The notes under the pieces are model-generated. The model did no database searches and was not told the origin of the DNA. It was given only the letters and a program-made list of their open reading frames with translations. Positions 48,610 through 60,523 of a stretch of DNA of 64,000 nt are shown piece after piece. The DNA comes from Psammoneis japonica. Its lineage: Eukaryota. The position numbers and the translations under genes were made by a program. Within the stretch, counting starts at the first letter, position 1; the number at the start of each line of letters is the position of its first letter. Location of the stretch: contig QPGO01000233.1 of assembly GCA_008632985.1 (NCBI GenBank), positions 1 to 64,000 on the forward strand. The letters run 5' to 3'.

Positions 48610-49859
48610 TCAGTGCCCTGCAACCTTCTCGCCTGGATCAGTAGCAACCAGAGCAATTCCAGTCATCAACAAGAGGACGCCAGACCATCCCTGTAGCATT
48701 AGCGTTTCACCCAGCATGAGAAGTCCCAAAACTGCACCGAACATGACAGAACCGCCGATGATTATGGGGATCGACTTGGAGGCGTCCACTCCCATTCCCG
48801 AAACAACAAATGATAACATCTCGGCAGTCCCGACGGCCAGTCCCGCACAACACGCCCAGAGCAAGCCTGTGCCTGAAATGGCTAACTGAGAAGTGCCTTT
48901 TTCATTCCAAATGAGGCCACCTAAAAGTAGAGATCCAAAAACTGCAGCCACAAATTGCAAAATGACGCCCCCAAGAACTGGATTAATGGAAGCTGATCCC
49001 TTCTTGATAAAGATATTGTAGAATGCATACATGGACGCACAAACCAACGCCGGGGCAATCCATATTGCTAACGGCGGAGAGCCAGATGTCAATCCCCGCC
49101 ACCCCCTTCTTCAACCTTTTCTCCAGGATCTGTAGCCACAAGAGCTATACCAGTCACCAACAAGAGGACGCCAGACCATCCGTGCAGCATCATCTTTTCA
49201 CCTAAAACCAGCAATCCCAACACTGCACCAAACATGACGGAACCGCCGATGATCACAGGGATAAATTGACTTGCTTGCACGCCCAGACTCGAGACAAAAA
49301 ATGACAGCATCTCTGCACAACCGACTGCTATTCCAGCGCATACGGACCAACCAAACCCCTTTCTATCGCAATGGATTTCGGGTTTTTCTTCCTGCGGAAG
49401 GAGGATGCGGGCCGCAAGCAAAAACGTACCAAGAATGGCCGCCACAAATTGCAGGACAACCCCACCTAAAATTGGATTGATCGATGCAGAACCCTTTTTG
49501 ATGAAGATATTATAAAATGCATAAGCCGAGGCACAGGTCAAGGCTGGAGCAATCCATCGACGTAATGGAGGTGGACCACGCTTGGTAGACAGTCTGAGTT
49601 TGGGCGACATCTTTGTGATGAGTGGGGAAGCTTCCGTAAGTAAAGCCTCATCTGTAAGGTCTCGAACCGAATCAAAGTGACCGCCCAGACGCCCCCCAAT
49701 CGAACGCGTATGATCTTCATGGACTTGAAAAGCTCTTTCCTCCAAGACCCTCAAGCTGTTTCGGCGGTCCAAACTATTCTGTCGAAAGAGATGAATGCTG
49801 TTGGGCTCAAAGGCATCATCATCGCCCTCTTCGACCTTGGCATTAAAATCATCCGCCAT
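48610..49859 (-). CDS. EamA/DMT-family transporter with two repeat domains
   Basis: Two homologous halves (WIAPAL..ASxYAFYNIFIKKGSASINP.LGG..LQFVAA...GIALVATDPGEKV) are joined by a 1-nt frameshift in a G run at about 49095. Probable start MADDF at 49859. Confidence 0.82.
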
Positions 49860-49951
49860 GGCTTTGAAATATAAGAGGGCAACACCGACACCGCCAGCAA
49901 CCACAAGCAAGATGTACCGGTTAAGCAAGAAGCAAAATACTAGTACTGATT

Positions 49952-50003
49952 TGACACGACGACATCGATGACATCGCATCATCGATGATTTTCAATCTCC
50001 ACG
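49952..50003. repeat. Left copy of a ~50-bp direct repeat (partner at 60995-61041)
   Basis: 27-nt perfect match CATCATCGATGATTTTCAATCTCCACG plus upstream TGACAC..GACATCGATGACATC. Confidence 0.85.
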
Positions 50004-50432
50004 AGTACTATTCTGGTGTTTTTCTTGGTCTGCCAGTCGTCAGATTTGTGTTTACCGAGAAGTCCGTAGGTCCTACGTGATGCCGAAACCGCGCAACTTT
50101 TGTTGAACTTGCTACTTTGTTTAGGTTTTTTGTTGAGATTGAACTAGAAACACATGAAGTCTTTGTTACTTTTCATTATAAAATTTGTTCGGCATTTCGG
50201 AATTCAAAACCCACGAAGGGAGCCGTTGCAATTTCTTGCGTTTTCTCAGATGAGCAAACGCGACAACACACAACACGACAAACAACACCAAGAACGACGG
50301 CACCGACACAATAGAAACTATATCAACAAGGAATATATATCGAAATAGACACTTCTTCGACCGCATTCTCAAGCCGACCGACATACAATACACAAAAACC
50401 GGAAGACACGACCGAGACCAGACCTGTAGACA

Positions 50433-51957
50433 ATGGCCAAGGAGAGCAAGCCACGGGGGCCATACAAGAAGAAGAAGAAGACTAAGAAGGAGAAGGAACG
50501 GGATGCAAAGATAAGTCGTGCAAAGAAAAGGGTGCGGTTCAGGGAACGCTATGAGAGAAAAAAAAAAGAAAAGGAGGCTGCTATGGTCGCCGCTTATTAT
50601 GAACGACATCCTCAAAGCCGTCCTACCTTACCAGTAAACTTGGCGAATGGCCCACCTACAATTCCTACCATGAACCCGTACCAGATGCCATCCAACCCTG
50701 CTAACCCCGCCCGCTTTGGTGGTGGTGGGCGTCCTCCGGCTTCACCGTTCTCGGCTCCTCTACCGCGTGATGTCGCTGCTTATTATGAACGGCATCCTCA
50801 AAGCCGTCCTAACTTGGCGAATGGCCCACCTACAATTCCAGCTCAACCAGGTCGTCCTGACAATACCATAAACCCGTACCAGATGCCATCCAACCCTGCT
50901 ACCCCCGCCCGCTTTGGTGGTGGTGGGCGTCCTCCGGCTTCACTGTTCTCGGCTCCTCTACCGCGTGATGTCGCTGCTTATTATGAACGGCATCCTCAAA
51001 GCCGTCCTAACTTGGCGAATGGCCCACCTACAATTCCAGCTCAACCAGGTCGTCCTGACAATACCATGAACCCGAACCAGATGCCATCCAACCCTTCTAC
51101 CCCCGCCCGCTTTGGTGGTGGTGGGCGTCCTCCGGCTTCACCGTTCTCGACTCCTCTACCGCGTGATCAAGCAGCAGCATTGTTGTCAACGCCACACCGT
51201 CGTCACCAGCTTGTACCACCCGGTTCACCGGGCGGGGTGTCCCAAGCATCAGACTCGTCATTAGCAAGTAGAGGAAGTAGAGCCATTGACCTTTTACATG
51301 ATATGGTTCATGTTGTCCACAGCTGCGTGCACTTAGACAATGAGTGAGTGTGATTTCTATTCCGCTGTGCTTGTTTTCAAACCGCCGTCGTTCTTTCTGA
51401 CTTTTTATCCTTTTTGCGTACTGTGCCCTTTTTGCGTACTGTGCCATCCTTTCTCACTGCAGTTATGCTCCTCAAGGCGCCACCACCAATGTTGGAGTGG
51501 GCGTACCAACCTCTGTTGTGTTGCCGGCGGACCATCAATCCGCTCATCCTTCTGGTACCACCAATGGGGGGGTTCCGGCTTTCGGTACTACCAACACGGG
51601 GTCGCAGCTTTTCGGTACTACTACGACCAGCGCTCAGCCTTCTGGCACCGCCAACGGTACCACCAATACGGGGTCGCAGCTTTTCGGTACCGCTACGACC
51701 AGCGCTCAGCCTTCTGGTACCGCCAATGGGGGGTTCCAGCTTTCGGTACTACCAACACGGGGTCGCAGCTTTTCGGTACTACTACGACCAGCGCTCAGCC
51801 TTCTGGCACTGCCAACGGTACCACCAAGGTGTCGCAGCTTTTCGGTGCCGCTACGACCAGCGCTCAGCCTTCTGGTACCGCCAACGGCACCACCAATACG
51901 GGGTCGCAGTCTTCTGGTGGTTTTTCGTCGGACGGTGCTGGCCCCATAGAGTTCTAA
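50433..51957 (+). CDS. Low-complexity repeat protein (basic N-terminus, three ~63-aa Pro-rich repeats, FG/Thr-Gly repeats)
   Basis: ORF 50433-51343. A phase-2 intron at 51344-51462 joins it in frame to GSQLFGTTTTSAQPSGTANG repeats. 1-nt frameshift in a G run at about 51730. Confidence 0.6.
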
Positions 51958-52778
51958 CCCAAGTCGTCTTTCCCCCCAACTAGAGGAAAGTAGGCGTTGG
52001 CGATTATGTTTTCAAGCCGTCCGCCACTGCACTAGAAGTCATAACTATGTCACAATGTACCGGTCCCGCTCTAGCTAGAGAAAGGAGACAGAGTCAAAGT
52101 ATTGTTGTTTTGCACTGGCTACGATGTAGAATAAGAAAAAAAAATAGACCTAAAGGTTTTATCAAATGACAGTGATGCAGCTTCGCTTACAGTAGTTGTT
52201 TCATTCAAGATTTTAGCTTACAGTGTTTTTGCAGCATGTACAACAAGCAATGAGGACTGAGATGAGGCGAGCGTTCCATGAAGTTAGACGGGACTCATTC
52301 AGTCGCGTGTGCGCATCATCACACTGAACGAACATACGGTACTTGTACACACAACACACCTACCGGTACCTACTAAGGTTACCTACTTCTACCATGACAG
52401 AATTGGAGCGGCTGATTAGATAGACTATTGCCGAACCTTTCAACAATACCAACACTATCTACTCTAGTCTTTACCATCATATAGAAACAACTCATGTTGC
52501 GTTTTTTGAAGGTAAGCGGCCAATTGTAAGATGAAAAAAGGATTTTGTATTGACACCACGATTCTGCTGTGATTTATTTGTATTGCTCCTTTATGTCACT
52601 ATCTCACTCCTTTTATTTGATACTTTCGTTTCAAATACAAACAGACAGAGTGTTTAGACCATAGCAACAGTTTGAACAGGCAACAACGGCTGATAGTTTC
52701 GCATCGGCATTAACACCTTTTCGTTTCAATACATTGTTTTCTTCCTTGTTTCGGAACGTGGCTGTGGCGTGTCCTACG

Positions 52779-53069
52779 TGCCGAATATCACGGTCATCTA
52801 TATTCATTCGTATATTCATTCGTGGGTGTCAACCTGGTGTCAAAAGTGTCAAAAGGATGTCAACGATGACACTTTCTAGAAACCTCTTCTCCTTTCTCGA
52901 TACATCTCGGTGCCTCTCGAAAGATTGTTTCTTTATATTTCTACGCGGTTTCTTAGTATTAATTCTACGAGATTTCGGAGTAGCCGAATCTCTTTCATTT
53001 CTTCTCACAACATTAGCAACAGTCAACTTTACAACGCTACTTTATACTGTTACTTGGCGCCACTTGGCA
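52779..53069 (+). repeat. 5' LTR
   Basis: Direct repeat of 57388-57678 at an offset of 4609. Confidence 0.97.
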
Positions 53070-53142
53070 TAGTAAATTTACTCCCAAACACTTATTCATC
53101 TCTCTTGAGATATATCTACCGATCATATTGTCCTGACCAGAC

Positions 53143-56100
53143 ATGTCAGCAGAAAACTGCCCATTCGAACTTAAACGTCCTGACCGCTCTGAGGAAGAGC
53201 GGCGCAAAGACCAACTCGTGTCTTTTGAAAGCCCCATTGATCCTGACGATCCAGATGGGCTTAAAACTACGATCGAGGTACGTAAGTTAGCTTCAACTGA
53301 ACCGGAAGATGTTCTTACCTTCTGGTCAAACTTCGATGAACTTATCAACGATCTCGGCACGGCTGAAGGACAGCCACGTTTCCGGCTCGTGACCAGACTT
53401 ATGACCAGAACACCAAAAGACGACTGGGAAATCGTCGTAGACGAATACGAAAACCGCGACCAAGTTACATTCGACACTTGTCGTGAAGAATTTCTACTCC
53501 AATGCATGGATGGAGAAATTGCCCTTGACACTGAGGAATGGCTTCAAAGCCTTAAGAAACCCAGGAACCAAACTGTCAAGTCATTTGTTAATGACATCCG
53601 TCGCTTTAATAAGTTGATTAATGTCATGCCTGCGCCAACCGAAGATGACGCCGAAAGAGTTCCGTCATTCACGGAAGCGGAATTATCCGCAATCCTTCGA
53701 AAATGTGGACCAAGATCATGGGCCGAAACTCAGACTAAAGCCCGTCTTCGCAACTTAAACTTGAACGACCAAGCTCAACACTACGAGACTCTCCGACGTA
53801 TGGAACGACGTGGTGACAAAGGGTCTGCCGACAACAACAGACGCAATGACAACAGGAGTCAACGCAACAACGGTCGACATGCGCGTCACGGCCAGAACAA
53901 CGACCAAAATCGCGACACCAGGAACAGGAATCAAAACAATCGTGAACAAACATGTCCAATCCATGGCGTTGTACATCCGAACGGTCAAGAGTGCAATGTC
54001 ATCCGTCGTGAACGTGAAAATTATGAGCGGAACCGCGCAAATCGGGGTGCGCCGAATCAACAAAATAACTCTCGAAACGAGCCGACACACCGCTGTCCTA
54101 CACGGAGCCGCACACGGAACGTCGAAAACAATGATGTGGACTCCAAAGCCAGTCGCTCCGCTTCTAACGATGTCGATAGCGTCGCGTCAGACGACATCAA
54201 CGACATTTTTGAAGACGTCACGTCTCTTCTAGACGATTCCATCGAATCCGAAGTAGAAGACAATCTTACCACGGAAGCGCGTGTCCAGATGATTGACACT
54301 CATTCTGGAATGCACAAGTTCCGTGTTGCTCTACTCGATACCGGCGCAAATCGCAATTTTGTGAAGCGCTCAGCCCTTCGCGGGATTCCTCACAAAATCC
54401 GTAAATGTAACGTTCCCGTTAAAGGCCGTTACAGTACCGTTAATCTACACGAGATTGCGACGCTGACATTGAAGTTCCCAGACTTCGCATCGTCCAAGAA
54501 GGTTTCCGTCGATGCTTATGTGGAAGACAAAGCCGTAGGAAAACACGATATTATCATCGGAAGAAAAACCGCCACAGAAATGGGACTCGTTTTTGATTTT
54601 CGACATCAAACAATCACGTGGGGCGATGTTACCCTATCCATGCGATCCAAGGGCTCTTTCGACCAAGTCGAAGTTAATGCAATTCATCCCGGCGATGCTG
54701 AATTACCCAAGTTCTTCCAGAATGCCGTCAACCGTCAGGTTCGAGGTATGACGAGCAATACGTACGACAAGCACAATTATCGCGACATGGTTCTACGCTG
54801 CAAACACCTTGATAACGATCAACAGCACCAACTCATCGAACTCTTCGGACGATACCCGCAATTATTCGATGGTACACTTGGAGCTGTACCCGGTAAACCC
54901 GTCCATTTGACCCTGAAACCAGGATCGCGTCCATACTGTGCGAAAGCTTACACTATTCCGCAAGCGTTATATCCCATGGCTCGCAAAGAAGTGGATGAAT
55001 TGGAAAAAATCGATGTTATTACGCGCAAACTTCACTCTCCTTGGGGCGCACCCTGTCTTTTCCGATCGAAGAAAAGCGGTGGTATCCGTTTCTTATCCGA
55101 TTTACGGAAACTCAACGAGTGTCTCGAACGGCATCCATATCCACTACCTATTATCGACGACGTCGTATGGAAAATGAACGGCTTTACCTATGCGACATGT
55201 TTGGACCTCAACCGAGGCTACTGTCACTTCGTGCTTGACGACGAGTCAAAAAAACTCTGCGGTATCATCCTGCCGTGGGGCAAGTATTGCTACAACCGCC
55301 TACCGCAAGGAATCAAACCGGCAAGCGATATTTTTCAAGCTTACATGACAGATATTTTTCATGATATGGAAGATATCATAGTCTACATCGACAATATCAT
55401 CCTCTTTACCAAGAACAACTTCAACCATCACTGTCAACGACTCGAACTCGTCTTGCAACGGCTCCTCGCGAACAATCTTCACGTACATGTCGAAGAATCC
55501 TATCTCGCCGCCAAGACCGTCGACTACTTAGGCTATACCATGACTACAAAAGGTATTCAGCCTCAGAAAAAGAAAATCCTACCCTTACTTCGCTTCGCTC
55601 GCCCTCAAAACCGTCGACAATTACGTGGTTTCATCGGGTTCGTGAATTATTACAAGAAATTGTGGTACCGACGCAGCCACACTCTTACGCCCTTAACTGC
55701 GCTGTCATCAGACAAAGTCAAATTCAAGTGGACTGACGTCCACACGGAAGCTTTCAATCAGATGAAAAAAATTATGGCGCGCGAAATCCTCCTCCGATTC
55801 CCCGACTTCTCTCAACCTTTCAATATCTATCCGGATGCGAGTGATTATCAACTTGGTGCAGTAATTACTCAAGATTTTGACGATGGCGAATGGCCAATTG
55901 CATTCTACAGCCGAAAATTATCTCAAGCGCAACGAAACTACACGACAATGGAAAAAGAGCTACTGTCGCTCGTGGAAACGACCGAAAATTTCAAAAGCAT
56001 CCTTTTTGGTCATCGATGCTACCTATTTACCGATCACAAAAATCTTACATTTGACAAATTCAAGTCAGAACGCGTCAAACGCTGGCGTTTACTTCTCGAG

Positions 56101-57366
56101 GAATACGATTACTCTTTCGAGTACCTGCCAGGCCATAAGAATGTCGTGGCTGATTTTTTGAGTCGCTATCCTATTGTCCAAGTCGATCAAAGCGATTACG
56201 AGGAAATGACTTCGTTGGAAATCGATCCTTCAATATTCCCCGTTACTTTCGATATTATCGCCGACCATCAGAAAAAAGATTCTGCTCTTCAGCAACGACT
56301 CGACAAGTCCGAATCCTACTCAGCCGAACTGTTCAACGGAAAACAGATTATCCTTTACAAGAACAAGATTGTCCTCCCTCCAACGCTTTTTCCTACAGTT
56401 CTACGGTGGTACCATGAAACTCTCTGCCATCCTGGTGCTAATCGCACCTACCAAACTTTGGCTTCACATTTTTACATTCGCGACATGCAGACGAAAGTCC
56501 GTACTTTTGTCCGTAAGTGCCGCACGTGTTCCAAATCCAAGCGTACTACGGCAAACTATGGCGAATTACCTCTTCCAGATACTACTTATAAACCTTGGCA
56601 GGCAACTCAAGTCGATCTTTTCGGTCCCTGGACGTATACCGACAAAAATGGTGTCGATCGCAAAATCAGAGCCGTTTCAATTATTGATGTCGCAACCCGT
56701 TGGGTCGAACTCGCGAACTATAAGTTCAAAACGTCCGAAGACATTTCACTTATCGTCGATCGCGAGTGGTTTTGTCGCTATCCGCGACCAGAAATTGTCA
56801 TTTATGACAACGGTTCCGAATTCACTTCCGAGTTTACAGATCTCCTCTACAGTTATGGTGTTAAACCGAAACCTACAACAATCAAGAATCCTCAAGCCAA
56901 CGCGTTCGTTGAACGTATTCATCAAGTGATAGCCGATTCTCTCCGTGCGATGGATCTCCCTTCTCGCGATCATGATGAAGACACAATTCATGGAATTTTG
57001 CAATCCGTTGCATGGGCCTTGCGCAGTACCTACCATACTGCCCTTATGTCGTCTCCCGGACAAATTGTCTTCGGTCGAGACATGGTCATTTCTGCTACTT
57101 ATCTTGCGAACTGGAAAATGATTAATACCCGTCGCAAGCGCGATGTCCTACGCAATAATCTCCGCGAAAACGCAAAACGTCTTACTTGCGACTACAACAT
57201 CGGCGATCAAGTCTTCGTTATGACCAAAGACATCCAACGCAAACTCAACACCAAAGATGGTCCTTTCCGTATCGTACGTGTCCATACCAATGGAACCGTT
57301 ACCATCCAGCGCTCGCCTCACGTCACTGAACGTATCAATATCCGCCGTCTTCACCCTGTCTTCTAA
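53143..57366 (+). CDS. Gag-Pol polyprotein (protease-RT-RNase H-integrase)
   Basis: LLDTGA (protease), LPQG and YIDN (RT), DASDYQLG and EKELL (RNase H), H..H..C..C with D,D,E (VDLF, YDNGSEF, VERIH) and a GPF motif. Domain order is Gypsy-type. Confidence 0.97.
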   Translation: MSAENCPFELKRPDRSEEERRKDQLVSFESPIDPDDPDGLKTTIEVRKLASTEPEDVLTFWSNFDELINDLGTAEGQPRFRLVTRLMTRTPKDDWEIVVDEYENRDQVTFDTCREEFLLQCMDGEIALDTEEWLQSLKKPRNQTVKSFVNDIRRFNKLINVMPAPTEDDAERVPSFTEAELSAILRKCGPRSWAETQTKARLRNLNLNDQAQHYETLRRMERRGDKGSADNNRRNDNRSQRNNGRHARHGQNNDQNRDTRNRNQNNREQTCPIHGVVHPNGQECNVIRRERENYERNRANRGAPNQQNNSRNEPTHRCPTRSRTRNVENNDVDSKASRSASNDVDSVASDDINDIFEDVTSLLDDSIESEVEDNLTTEARVQMIDTHSGMHKFRVALLDTGANRNFVKRSALRGIPHKIRKCNVPVKGRYSTVNLHEIATLTLKFPDFASSKKVSVDAYVEDKAVGKHDIIIGRKTATEMGLVFDFRHQTITWGDVTLSMRSKGSFDQVEVNAIHPGDAELPKFFQNAVNRQVRGMTSNTYDKHNYRDMVLRCKHLDNDQQHQLIELFGRYPQLFDGTLGAVPGKPVHLTLKPGSRPYCAKAYTIPQALYPMARKEVDELEKIDVITRKLHSPWGAPCLFRSKKSGGIRFLSDLRKLNECLERHPYPLPIIDDVVWKMNGFTYATCLDLNRGYCHFVLDDESKKLCGIILPWGKYCYNRLPQGIKPASDIFQAYMTDIFHDMEDIIVYIDNIILFTKNNFNHHCQRLELVLQRLLANNLHVHVEESYLAAKTVDYLGYTMTTKGIQPQKKKILPLLRFARPQNRRQLRGFIGFVNYYKKLWYRRSHTLTPLTALSSDKVKFKWTDVHTEAFNQMKKIMAREILLRFPDFSQPFNIYPDASDYQLGAVITQDFDDGEWPIAFYSRKLSQAQRNYTTMEKELLSLVETTENFKSILFGHRCYLFTDHKNLTFDKFKSERVKRWRLLLEEYDYSFEYLPGHKNVVADFLSRYPIVQVDQSDYEEMTSLEIDPSIFPVTFDIIADHQKKDSALQQRLDKSESYSAELFNGKQIILYKNKIVLPPTLFPTVLRWYHETLCHPGANRTYQTLASHFYIRDMQTKVRTFVRKCRTCSKSKRTTANYGELPLPDTTYKPWQATQVDLFGPWTYTDKNGVDRKIRAVSIIDVATRWVELANYKFKTSEDISLIVDREWFCRYPRPEIVIYDNGSEFTSEFTDLLYSYGVKPKPTTIKNPQANAFVERIHQVIADSLRAMDLPSRDHDEDTIHGILQSVAWALRSTYHTALMSSPGQIVFGRDMVISATYLANWKMINTRRKRDVLRNNLRENAKRLTCDYNIGDQVFVMTKDIQRKLNTKDGPFRIVRVHTNGTVTIQRSPHVTERINIRRLHPVF

Positions 57367-57387
57367 CGTCTCAATTGGGGAAGCGAG

Positions 57388-57678
57388 TGCCGAATATCAC
57401 GGTCATCTATATTCATTCGTATATTCATTCGTGGGTGTCAACCTGGTGTCAAAAGTGTCAAAAGGATGTCAACGATGACACTTTCTAGAAACCTCTTCTC
57501 CTTTCTCGATACATCTCGATGCCTCTCGAAAGATTGTTTCTTTATATTTCTACGCGGTTTCTTAGTATTAATTCTACGAGATTTCGGAGTAGCCGAATCT
57601 CTTTCATTTCTTCTCACAATATTAGCAACAGTCAACTTTACAACGCTACTTTATACTATTACTTGGCGCCACTTGGCA
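57388..57678 (+). repeat. 3' LTR
   Basis: Preceded by the PPT and followed by the TSD CTACG. Confidence 0.97.
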
Positions 57679-58399
57679 CTACGCTCCCTTTTGGGCCGAA
57701 CCAAGCAAGCTACAGTTGATACTATCACAAAAAATGACAATTATAATGCTCAATGGGTTGGGTATTGAAGTCCATGACCTTGCCGAGTGCCCCCCTCGAT
57801 CGGGGACCGAAAACTGGTGTAAATCTTGATACGTGGAGATTATGCGATTATAATGTGAGCTAGAAGGCTGGAATGTTGTGCTGATAAATCTTGAGGCTGT
57901 GTACCAAAGAAAAGTATGTTGACATTTAAAGCAGTACTGATGCATCATGCATTTACAGCACTATGAGGATTTACAAGCTAACAACGCCATTCTCCGTCTC
58001 CATCTTTCCCATGTAGGCGGTGTCTTAATTTTGTTTCTTGTGGCCTTTCGGATCTGCAGAGGAGGACGGGAACGACTTGTACCTTATCAATCTAGGGTTT
58101 TCGTCAGTCCATAATCTGTGGTGACGAGGTGTCAACGAGTACAAAGTGAAGACGCACCTCTCCGCTCTACGCGCGGCTCATTTTTGTCTCCCCCCAAAGC
58201 TCCAAACGAAGTGCAAGATGCACCCTAAGAACTTGCGTTGTTGTTAGCAAAATTATTGATCTATCTTGGTCAAACAGACTATGAATCAAAACAAGCATCT
58301 AAAAAATCATACAAGCAACAATGTATCTGGGCTGTTTCCTGATGGTAAGAATAGCTGACGTGAGACTGACACCACGATTGTTGTGTATTATCATTTATC

Positions 58400-58790
58400 C
58401 AACAGCATGCTTCTCGTATAAATCTCGTTATTCAATGCTACAGACACGTCCTGTTCGATCAGGGATCCTCCCTGATCGAAAGAACTGTGGTGGCACTGAT
58501 GCTTGCGGAGAAATTTCTCCACAAGCTGGAAGGACACCGTCGCTCGTCATTCGCCGCCTGGTAGCTTTGACACGCTCGGCATTGGCGCGCATGTAAGCAA
58601 CATTGTCAACTGCGATACAGGCAATCTTCTGCGAGAGACAGTCTATTGTAGGAATCCTTGATCTTGTATAGCGCTTGAAAGAGATCGGTCGGACCAATGC
58701 AGTATCCGACTCGCAGACCGGCAAGCGAGTATGACTTGGAAAATGACCTGGCAACCAGAACGTTTGGCAGCTCAAGCGCCATATCAATGA
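58400..58790 (-). pseudogene. Histidinol-phosphate aminotransferase-like (HisC-like PLP enzyme) C-terminal fragment
   Basis: PNVLVARSFSKSYSLAGLRVGY (PLP-lysine motif) and KIKDSYN. Frameshifted and 5'-truncated. Confidence 0.75.
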
Positions 58791-58872
58791 GAATGTCGGA
58801 GATAGTCGGCATTTTGCTCTTGCGTTGTGAGAGCATGCGGTTACCTTTTCGCGTTGATTTTTGCTTATTTCA

Positions 58873-59830
58873 GAAGAGACTCTCTTCGAAGGAGCGAGGA
58901 CAGCCTGGTCGTCGAGGGGTTCCACACACCTTAAACTCTTACGATAGCGATGATGATGCGTGGGGTGAGCATAGTGGACCCATCATTTATGGCTACCTCC
59001 ATCAGTTAGCTAGAAATGGGAAGTGGCAACGTAGGTTCTTTGAGACTGATGGAGAATGCCTTTCTTACTACAAGTCAAGCAGCCGAACCACGCTCCTGGC
59101 AACTTTGGACCTTTGCAAGGTAAGGACGAAAATGTTGTCAAATGCATCTTGCCTGTTGCTTCGGATTGCGTCTCACCCTGCTTTTGTTCGACTCAGGTTG
59201 GTGACATTGTATTGGACAACTCCGATCCAGCAGCATGTAGGGTTACCATTCAAGTATCTGATCGTCCTTATCACCTGCGCGCTGGGACGAGTACTTCTCG
59301 TAAGGACTGGGTCATTACGTTGAACCGCATAAAGGAGGCTCGAATGCATATCGGAAACGTTGAACTTGTGTCGCCAAAGTTTAGACCTCCACCAGACTTG
59401 CTTGATCGAACGAGGACGGATTCAGAAGAATATGCGGCATAGTACATAGTGGTCCACCCAAATCGGCCCCGAACGCGTGCTGTCGAAGACAACATCAAAA
59501 CATGGGATCAGCTTGTGGAAAGCTGACCAAGCCTCCTGACCTGCTTAGTAACTCTCTACAGTTACCCAACCTGGCGTTTCATCGGAACGACCACCGAAAC
59601 GCATCGTCTCTCATCTTCCACCAAAGGTATTGGCTCGTTGGCAGAAGCGGCGGTCTTTGGTCCACATGATGGGACATCGTATCGTCCGGTGGGCTCGACG
59701 AATGCGTCAACTTAATTGCATGGACAGCCGGGACGAAGTACAGCTGGATCGTGGCGTACACCCACCTGGACACAACGACCCTGACGTAAGTTCTCGCCGG
59801 TCTTTCTTTGTACTTGTTGCTGCTGGTTGC
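58873..59830 (+). pseudogene. PH-domain protein pseudogene/fragment
   Basis: GYLHQLARNGKWQRRFFETDGECLSYYK, an intron at about 59120-59197, then RPYHLRAG...KDWVITLN. In-frame stop at 59440 and no evident start. Confidence 0.72.
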
Positions 59831-60523
59831 TGACGTATCGTTTTTTTCATGTCATTAGCCAAAGTCGTACCTAAGAAAGCCCGGGACTGGAAATAGCAAA
59901 GACAGTTGCGATAAAAGCAAAGTCAGTGCTGACAGTGGTGCTTCAGTAGGAAGTGGCTCCGGTGAATCGCCTTCTCATAGAGCTGTCGAGACGTTGAGTC
60001 ACACCGAGTGGATTGGAAAAGAATCTCAGATCGTCGTGCAAACGATTGCGAAAAAAGAAGTTGACGACGATGTTACATAGATACAATCGGCCACCTACGA
60101 GGAGCAATGACGATGGCTCTTTTCCGCTCTTCTCAAACGATAAAAATACCACACGCTTGTTCTATTGATTAAAACCCATAAGCGACAAACAAACTACAGA
60201 GGAACGGCAAGAGGCCCACGGAAAGGTGAGTTGATTCAGTTTGACGAGGACGAAATGGGACGATTGGAAATTGGAAAATAGCCAACGAATGTCGTGCTAA
60301 CCCGCTGCGTTTTCTCTCACGTCGCACAGTGCAAACACGTGGCTAGCAGACGAAAAGTTTGAGAGACGAGGTAGGTGGCTGTATTTTGGACGGTGGACGG
60401 TGCGTGGCAGGCCAATCGGTCAACGAGACGAGCCCAATTTATCGGATGACCGATACTTTCGTCCTCTAACAAACACCCTCTTTTCGTTGTTTCGAACACA
60501 GGATCGCCACAAAGGACATAATT

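Larger units (their letters stand above)
52779..57678 (+). mobile_element. Full-length Ty3/Gypsy LTR retrotransposon
   Basis: 291-bp TG..CA LTRs (52779-53069 and 57388-57678) with 3 mismatches. TSD CTACG at 52774-52778 and 57679-57683. PPT GGGGAAGCGAG at 57377-57387. Confidence 0.97.

Noticed and set aside
49089..49092. Operon-like overlap of two EamA ORFs
   Set aside because: Better explained as one two-domain gene with a 1-nt deletion in a G run.
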